From Alkalibacterium sp. (GTDB lineage: Bacteria > Bacillota > Bacilli > Lactobacillales > Carnobacteriaceae_A): DNA of 32,000 nucleotides. The stretch covers positions 249,301 to 281,300 of the forward strand of contig JAFIFE010000023.1 of NCBI GenBank assembly GCA_020832185.1, written 5' to 3'. Under the pieces are notes generated by a model. That model ran no database searches, was not told where the DNA came from, and worked only from the letters and a program-made list of their open reading frames with translations. A program made the position numbers and the translations under genes. Below are positions 27,404 through 32,000 of this stretch, piece by piece. The stretch's first letter is position 1. The number at the start of each line of letters is the position of its first letter.

Positions 27404-28585
27404 ATGAACCAGGTGCTGAAAGAAAAAATCCAGGCGAAAGCTGAAGATTTAGGGATCAACAAAATCGGGTTCACTCATGCCGATCCCTTTTATGATCTTG
27501 AAGATAAACTACATGCTCAGCAGGAAAAGGGACATCATTCAGGCTTTGAACACAAAGTGATCGAAGAACGTATTTATCCTGAAAAGATATTTGATCAGCC
27601 TAAATCAATCATAGCGATAGCTTTGGCTTATCCGTCTAAGATGAAAGAGAAGGCTCCTCGAGTTAAAGGGGAACGACGGGGTGAGTTTGCCCGTGCGTCG
27701 TGGGGTACAGATTACCATACGATACTAAGTAAAAAGATGGATCAGCTGATCGAGTATATCCGTTCTGAAGCCCAAGGTGAAGTAAGCTTCAAGCCGATGG
27801 TCGATACAGGGGAACTGGTAGATGTCGCTGTCGCTCAAAGAGCAGGGCTTGGATTTATCGGCAGAAACGGGTTGCTGATTACTAAAGAGTTTGGTTCCTA
27901 TGTCTATCTTGGTGAAATCATTACAAATATCGAATTTGAAGCGGACGAAGAAGTCGCATTTGGATGCGGAGACTGTACACGTTGTGTAGATGCGTGCCCA
28001 ACCGACGCCTTACTCGGGGACGGCCTTATGAATGCGCAGCGATGTCTCTCATATCAGACGCAGACTAAAGGCTACATGCCTAAAGAGTACCGCAGAAAAA
28101 TGGGGCATGTCATTTATGGCTGTGACATTTGTCAAATCGTCTGTCCTTATAATAAGGGCATTGATTCCCATTTCCATGAAGAAATGGAACCCGAACCATT
28201 CAATACAACACCTGAGTTGAAGCCGCTGTTGACGATATCTAACAAGGATTTCAAGAAAGATTTCGGAGATATGGCGGGATCATGGAGAGGAAAAAAACCA
28301 CTTCAACGGAATGCGATTATTGCTCTGGCTAATTACAGAGATTTTTCAGCTGTACCGGATCTGCTCAATGTGATCGAGAATGATCCGCGCCCAATGATCA
28401 GAGGCACTGCGGCATGGGCAGTAGTGACAATCACTAAAAAGCGCCCGAACCAGGACGTCCTGGACTTTTTAGAAGAATCCATTCTGAAAGAAACGGATGA
28501 AGAAACGATAACTGAATTTGATGAAGCTATTAAAGAGCTGAAAGAGCGACTTGAAATCACTGAATTAAAGAGGAGAGACAAGTAG
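27404..28585 (+). CDS. queG: epoxyqueuosine reductase
   Basis: It has two 4Fe-4S ferredoxin motifs ([12 protein letters not shown] and [11 protein letters not shown]) and a C-terminal HEAT-like region, in a size of ~393 aa. Confidence 0.9.
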   Translation: MNQVLKEKIQAKAEDLGINKIGFTHADPFYDLEDKLHAQQEKGHHSGFEHKVIEERIYPEKIFDQPKSIIAIALAYPSKMKEKAPRVKGERRGEFARASWGTDYHTILSKKMDQLIEYIRSEAQGEVSFKPMVDTGELVDVAVAQRAGLGFIGRNGLLITKEFGSYVYLGEIITNIEFEADEEVAFGCGDCTRCVDACPTDALLGDGLMNAQRCLSYQTQTKGYMPKEYRRKMGHVIYGCDICQIVCPYNKGIDSHFHEEMEPEPFNTTPELKPLLTISNKDFKKDFGDMAGSWRGKKPLQRNAIIALANYRDFSAVPDLLNVIENDPRPMIRGTAAWAVVTITKKRPNQDVLDFLEESILKETDEETITEFDEAIKELKERLEITELKRRDK

Positions 28586-29094
28586 TGACCAACCATATTG
28601 CGTTATTCGAACCTCAAATTCCTGCCAACACAGGAAATATTGCTCGAACGTGTGCAGGGACAAACACCACTTTGCACTTAATCGAGCCATTGGGTTTTAA
28701 AACAGATGATAAGTACTTGAAACGAGCCGGCCTGGATTACTGGGAAGCCGTAGATATTCACTACCATAAAAATCTGGACAGTTTTCTGGAATTTGTGGGG
28801 GACGAGCCATTGTATCTTATTTCAAAATTTGCTGAAAAAGTGTACTCAGATGTAGATTTTACTGATACTGATTCGAACCACTTTTTCCTGTTTGGAAAAG
28901 AAACCACTGGGCTGCCTGAAGAATTTATGCGTGAGAACCCTGAAAAGTGCCTGCGTATTCCTATGAATGATACTCACGTTCGGTCACTCAATTTATCGAA
29001 CACAGCAAACATTTTAATCTATGAAGCATTGAGACAACAGGATTTCCCGCTACTGGAAAAAGTTCACACGTATGATAATGATAAACTGAAATAA
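28585..29094 (+). CDS. trmL: tRNA (cytidine/uridine(34)-2'-O)-methyltransferase, SpoU/TrmL family
   Basis: [34 protein letters not shown] and the C-terminal [18 protein letters not shown], in 169 aa. The GTG start shares 1 nt with the queG TAG stop. Confidence 0.9.
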   Translation: MTNHIALFEPQIPANTGNIARTCAGTNTTLHLIEPLGFKTDDKYLKRAGLDYWEAVDIHYHKNLDSFLEFVGDEPLYLISKFAEKVYSDVDFTDTDSNHFFLFGKETTGLPEEFMRENPEKCLRIPMNDTHVRSLNLSNTANILIYEALRQQDFPLLEKVHTYDNDKLK

Positions 29095-29150
29095 TCAGAT
29101 GATAATCTGGCTCGGCCAGATTTTACGTCATTAAGTCGGTTTGATAAGAG

Positions 29151-29181
29151 AAAATACTCGTCCATTGACGAGTATTTTTTT
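29151..29181 (+). terminator. rho-independent terminator of ddl-queG-trmL
   Basis: AATACTCGTC / GACGAGTATT forms a 10-bp stem with a 4-nt loop, followed by a T-run. A weaker hairpin ATCTGGC/GCCAGAT lies at ~29110-29127. Confidence 0.85.
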
Positions 29182-29345
29182 CGTAATTAGCTTTTACCGT
29201 CAGCTCAGACAAAGTATTATTTTCAGTTGGACCATTAATAGACTTTACCCCTTACTCAAACTGATAAATATCTCAGTTAACTGTAGAAAATCTGTTTTCC
29301 TTTAACTGAAAATGAATGCGGCAGCCAGTTAAAGGTGAGAGTAGG

Positions 29346-29392
29346 GACTAACTGCAACTTGAATTAGAATGTAATTTGAGTTGCAGTTAGTC
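29346..29392. repeat. long imperfect palindrome / 20-bp hairpin in an ORF-free intergenic region
   Basis: GACTAACTGCAACTTGAATT-agaatgt-AATTTGAGTTGCAGTTAGTC. As RNA this gives 18 Watson-Crick pairs plus 2 G-U pairs with a 7-nt loop. No flanking U-tract is present on either strand. Confidence 0.7.
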
Positions 29393-29530
29393 AGACCGAT
29401 TAACGTTAACTCAAAATCTGGTCAATATCGAGTTCACTGATATAAGGATATAACCCCTAACTCTGATAATAGGGTTTCTTGAGTAACGCTATAAACGTCT
29501 CCGCGCACTATAATAAGCGATAAACCCATA

Positions 29531-29588
29531 AAAAAGCATAGGCCTGAAATAAAGACAGTACTGTCTCTATTCTTGGCCTATGCTTTTT
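29531..29588 (-). terminator. rho-independent terminator of argS (nested hairpins)
   Basis: The outer stem is GCATAGGCC / GGCCTATGC and encloses the inner palindrome AGACAGTACTGTCT. It is flanked by A6 on one side and T5 on the other, so it could work in both directions. Confidence 0.8.
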
Positions 29589-29598
29589 AAGTGGGTGT

Positions 29599-31293
29599 TT
29601 ACATTTCGTCGGGTGCTTGTACACCTAGAATTCTTAAGTCTTCTTTCAACAATTCAGTCACTGCAAATACGAGAGCCAGACGTGCTTCTTTTTCAGAATG
29701 CTCATCGAGTACACGTACGTTAGCATAAAACTTATTAAATGCTTGTGCTAACTGAATGGCATGTTTGGCAATGATTGAAGGTTCAAAGTTTTCATATGCC
29801 CGTTTGACTGTATTAGGGTAGTCGTGGATCAGTTTGATCACTTCCCAGCTGTAGTCATCACTTAAGGCGTGATTCTCAGAAGGGGAAACTGTGTCGATTC
29901 CGGCTTTTCTTAATATACTCAAAGCACGTGCTCTGGTATACTGAACGTAAGGACCCGTTTCACCTTCAAATTGAACAACTTCTTCAATAGTAAAGTCGAA
30001 ATTATTCAGACGATCATTTTTCAGATCATGGAATACAACCGCACCTACACCTACTTGTTCAGCCACGAGCTCTTTGTTTGGCAAAGCAGGATTTTTTTCT
30101 TCGATCTGCTGAAGTGCCTGTGCAGTCGCCTCATCCAATACTTCTTCTAATAATACAACTTTTCCTTTTCGCGTCGATAGTTTTTTGCCATCTTTAGTAA
30201 TCAGTCCAAATGGGATATGATGGATATCATCTGCCCAGTCAAACTCAAGTTCTTTAAGCACTGCTTTCAGTTGTTTAAAGTGATTTGATTGTTCTTGTCC
30301 CACTACATAAAGTGATTGAGAAAAGTCATAGTTTTTATGACGGTACAGTGCTGCAGCTAAATCTCTGGTCATATACAGAGTAGCGCCATCTGATTTTTTA
30401 ATCAGAGCAGGGTTCAAGTCATATTTATCCAAGTTTACAATATGCGCACCACGATCAACAGTCAGCAGGTTGTGTTCTTCAAGCAAAGCCACTACATCAG
30501 TCATTTTATCATTATAGAAGGCTTCACCATTATATGAATCAAACGCAATGTTCAGTCGATTGTATACTTTCTCAAATTCTTTTAAAGACTCTTCTCTAAA
30601 CCATTTCCAGATGGCAACTGCTTCTTCATTGCCTTCTTCAAGTTGTCTGAACCAAGCTCGACCTTCATCTTCAAGATCGGAATCATCTTCCGCTTCATCA
30701 TGGAACTTGACATATAGAGTAAGGAGTTCTTTGATTGGATCAGCCTTGACCGCTTCTTCAGAGCCCCATTTTTTATAGGCAGTAATCAGCTTTCCGAACT
30801 GAGTTCCCCAGTCGCCTAAGTGATTGATACGAATAGGGGAGTAGTCCACTTTTTTCAAAATATTAGATAAGGCATTACCTATAACGGTCGAGCGCAAATG
30901 ACCCATAGACATCGGTTTAGCAATATTTGGTGATGACATGTCTATAGGAACATTGCCGCCGTTACCGATGGATAATTGACCAAAATTTCCTTTATCAACA
31001 ATTACTTCGTTTATAACTGCTTGTGAAACGGCTTCTTTATTAAGATAAAAATTAATGTAAGGGCCGACTATCTCGGTTTTTGAAATCAGTGGAGAGGTGA
31101 TTTTATCGCCTAGTTCTGATGCGATTTGAGCAGGGTTTTTCCTGAACAATTTTGCCAGCTGAAAAGTAGGGAAGGCAATATCTCCGTGTTCAGTGTGTTT
31201 AGGCTTTTCAAGCAGAAGATTGATTTCATTCAATTCAAAATGCTCGTTCAGTTCAGTGTGGATCGCCTCAGCAATCTGTTGTCTATAGTCCAA
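29599..31293 (-). CDS. argS: arginine--tRNA ligase
   Basis: 564 aa with a class I HIGH-type motif (SPNIAKPMSMGHLRS), a KMSKS-like region (KLSTRKG), and the C-terminal DALR anticodon-binding pattern. The TTG start is 8 nt after AGGAGG. Confidence 0.96.
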   Translation of the reverse strand: MDYRQQIAEAIHTELNEHFELNEINLLLEKPKHTEHGDIAFPTFQLAKLFRKNPAQIASELGDKITSPLISKTEIVGPYINFYLNKEAVSQAVINEVIVDKGNFGQLSIGNGGNVPIDMSSPNIAKPMSMGHLRSTVIGNALSNILKKVDYSPIRINHLGDWGTQFGKLITAYKKWGSEEAVKADPIKELLTLYVKFHDEAEDDSDLEDEGRAWFRQLEEGNEEAVAIWKWFREESLKEFEKVYNRLNIAFDSYNGEAFYNDKMTDVVALLEEHNLLTVDRGAHIVNLDKYDLNPALIKKSDGATLYMTRDLAAALYRHKNYDFSQSLYVVGQEQSNHFKQLKAVLKELEFDWADDIHHIPFGLITKDGKKLSTRKGKVVLLEEVLDEATAQALQQIEEKNPALPNKELVAEQVGVGAVVFHDLKNDRLNNFDFTIEEVVQFEGETGPYVQYTRARALSILRKAGIDTVSPSENHALSDDYSWEVIKLIHDYPNTVKRAYENFEPSIIAKHAIQLAQAFNKFYANVRVLDEHSEKEARLALVFAVTELLKEDLRILGVQAPDEM

Positions 31294-31353
31294 GTAAAAG
31301 ACCTCCTAAGAAATGTAAGTAGCTAAGTCAATAGCTTCAAGTCATCTAAGCAT

Positions 31354-31394
31354 AAAAAAAGGGCTGGTTTTTGAAGAGTCAAAAATCATAGCCG
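31354..31394 (-). terminator. terminator-like hairpin inside the argS 5' leader (candidate attenuator)
   Basis: The minus strand reads GGCTATGATTTTTG-actctt-CAAAAACCAGCC followed by T7. It lies between the predicted promoter and the argS RBS. The stem is imperfect and A/U-rich. Confidence 0.45.
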
Positions 31395-31424
31395 ATTCTT
31401 TTTACTATAATGTTTAGCACTTGT

Positions 31425-31453
31425 ATTATAGCAAAGCTCGGCGTTAGTAGCAA
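31425..31453 (-). promoter_or_regulatory. candidate sigma-A-type promoter of argS
   Basis: The minus strand reads TTGCTA (31453-31448), 17 nt, TATAAT (31430-31425). Confidence 0.55.
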
Positions 31454-31554
31454 TACTAACTAAATATGTATAGTTTGTGAAACATTATGGTAAAAATTCC
31501 CAATTCTGAGTATTAATTAATGAAAACCGAATGAAAATACAGTATACTATAAGT

Positions 31555-31584
31555 ACTAATATGCACTAATATTTACTAATATTC
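31555..31584 (+). repeat. three tandem 10-bp repeats (ACTAATATnn) just upstream of the argR RBS
   Basis: The copies are actaatatgc, actaatattt and actaatattc. A degenerate fourth copy (atactataag) lies upstream. The 10-bp period matches the DNA helical repeat. Confidence 0.8.
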
Positions 31585-31603
31585 AACGGGAGGAGGAAAA
31601 TGC

Positions 31604-32000
31604 ATGAAAAAGTCCGAAAGACAAATGCTGATCAAACAAATTATACTAAATAACGATATCTCTACTCAAGAGGAATTACTGCATCAGCTCCAGGCTAAAG
31701 GAGTAAAAGCAACACAAGCCACTATTTCCAGAGATATCAAAGAACTGAACTTGGTTAAGACAAACAGCTCCACAGGTGTCAGTAAGTACACTATTTACCA
31801 GAACAATCAGATGACGATGGAAGACAAGCTGAGTTCAACAATTAAAAGCGTGGTCTCAGACTACAATTGTGTTCAGTTTATGAATATCGTGGTCACTTTA
31901 CCAGGAAACGCTCACGTCATCGGTGCATTGATCGACGACATCGAATTCCCAGAAATCGTTGGTACGGTTGCTGGAAATGATACAATTATTCTTATTTCCA
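31604..32000 (+). CDS. argR: arginine repressor ArgR/AhrC family (3' end beyond the window)
   Basis: My own translation from ATG 31604 stays open to the window end: MKKSERQMLIKQIILNNDISTQEELLHQLQAKGVKATQATISRDIKELNLVK...GTVAGNDTIILIS. It shows the winged-helix motif and the oligomerisation-domain GT.AG.DT motif. The RBS is GGGAGGAGG. The ORF is missing from the track because it has no stop codon in the window. Confidence 0.9.
   Translation, partial: MKKSERQMLIKQIILNNDISTQEELLHQLQAKGVKATQATISRDIKELNLVKTNSSTGVSKYTIYQNNQMTMEDKLSSTIKSVVSDYNCVQFMNIVVTLPGNAHVIGALIDDIEFPEIVGTVAGNDTIILIS

Noticed and set aside
29182-29530. An insertion sequence, prophage remnant or CRISPR array in the trmL-argS spacer.
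   Set aside because: There is no transposase or integrase ORF. There are no regularly spaced identical repeats with unique spacers, and no terminal inverted repeats bounding the whole segment. It is kept only as an unexplained structured region in the findings.
11863-31326. The remaining short embedded or antisense ORFs in the track, for example 11863-12099(-), 12936-13199(-), 15066-15359(-), 15807-16142(-), 19338-19556(-), 21228-21446(-), 22063-22518(-), 23670-24057(-), 24696-24992(+), 25406-25597(-), 27235-27474(-), 28032-28220(+), 28333-28596(-), 30548-30778(+) and 31126-31326(+).
   Set aside because: They overlap well-supported genes (TPR protein, cca, dinG, asnS, nth, aminotransferase, arcA, rlmA, ddl, queG, argS). 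They also have low-complexity or Ser/Cys-rich translations typical of non-coding frames.
31294-31603. A T-box riboswitch upstream of argS.
   Set aside because: The predicted leader is only ~130 nt. I found no conserved T-box sequence (the ...GGGTGGTACCGCG... type) on the minus strand, and no specifier-loop architecture.

Overview
This is a chromosomal window from a low-GC Gram-positive bacterium, assigned to class Bacilli by gene content. The block TPR(ypiA-like)-ypiB-ypjD-like-cca-dinG-ypmB-like-asnS-dnaD-nth follows the Bacillus subtilis gene order as I recall it, with several B. subtilis blocks absent here. Bases 250-11738 form one same-strand, tightly packed 12-gene type IV pilus (T4aP-like) locus. 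Its order is: membrane GAF-GGEEF diguanylate cyclase, two small prepilin-type minor pilins, one large PilX-N-type minor pilin, PilB, PilT, PilC, a near-consensus internal promoter with a ~180-nt leader, the major pilin, a hairpin, prepilin peptidase, PilM, PilN-like, PilO-like, and a strong terminator. The rest is mostly housekeeping: an aminotransferase, a YtxH-like protein, an orphan arginine deiminase arcA, a YdaT-like protein, rlmA, ddl-queG-trmL, and argS divergent from a partial argR. I recognised no rRNA, tRNA, CRISPR array, transposase or integrase. The points most worth a second look are listed here. (1) The diguanylate cyclase overlaps the first pilin gene, and PilB carries an MshEN-like c-di-GMP-binding motif, which suggests a self-contained c-di-GMP/pilus module. 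(2) The endonuclease III has lost two of its four [4Fe-4S] cysteine ligands. (3) Two ORF-free intergenic regions (26.0-26.3 kb and 29.2-29.5 kb) have promoter/terminator or hairpin/repeat structure. (4) Candidate regulatory elements lie near the arginine genes: a perfect palindrome upstream of arcA, a terminator-like hairpin in the argS leader, and phased tandem repeats upstream of argR. All functional calls rest on reading motifs by eye; no database search was run.
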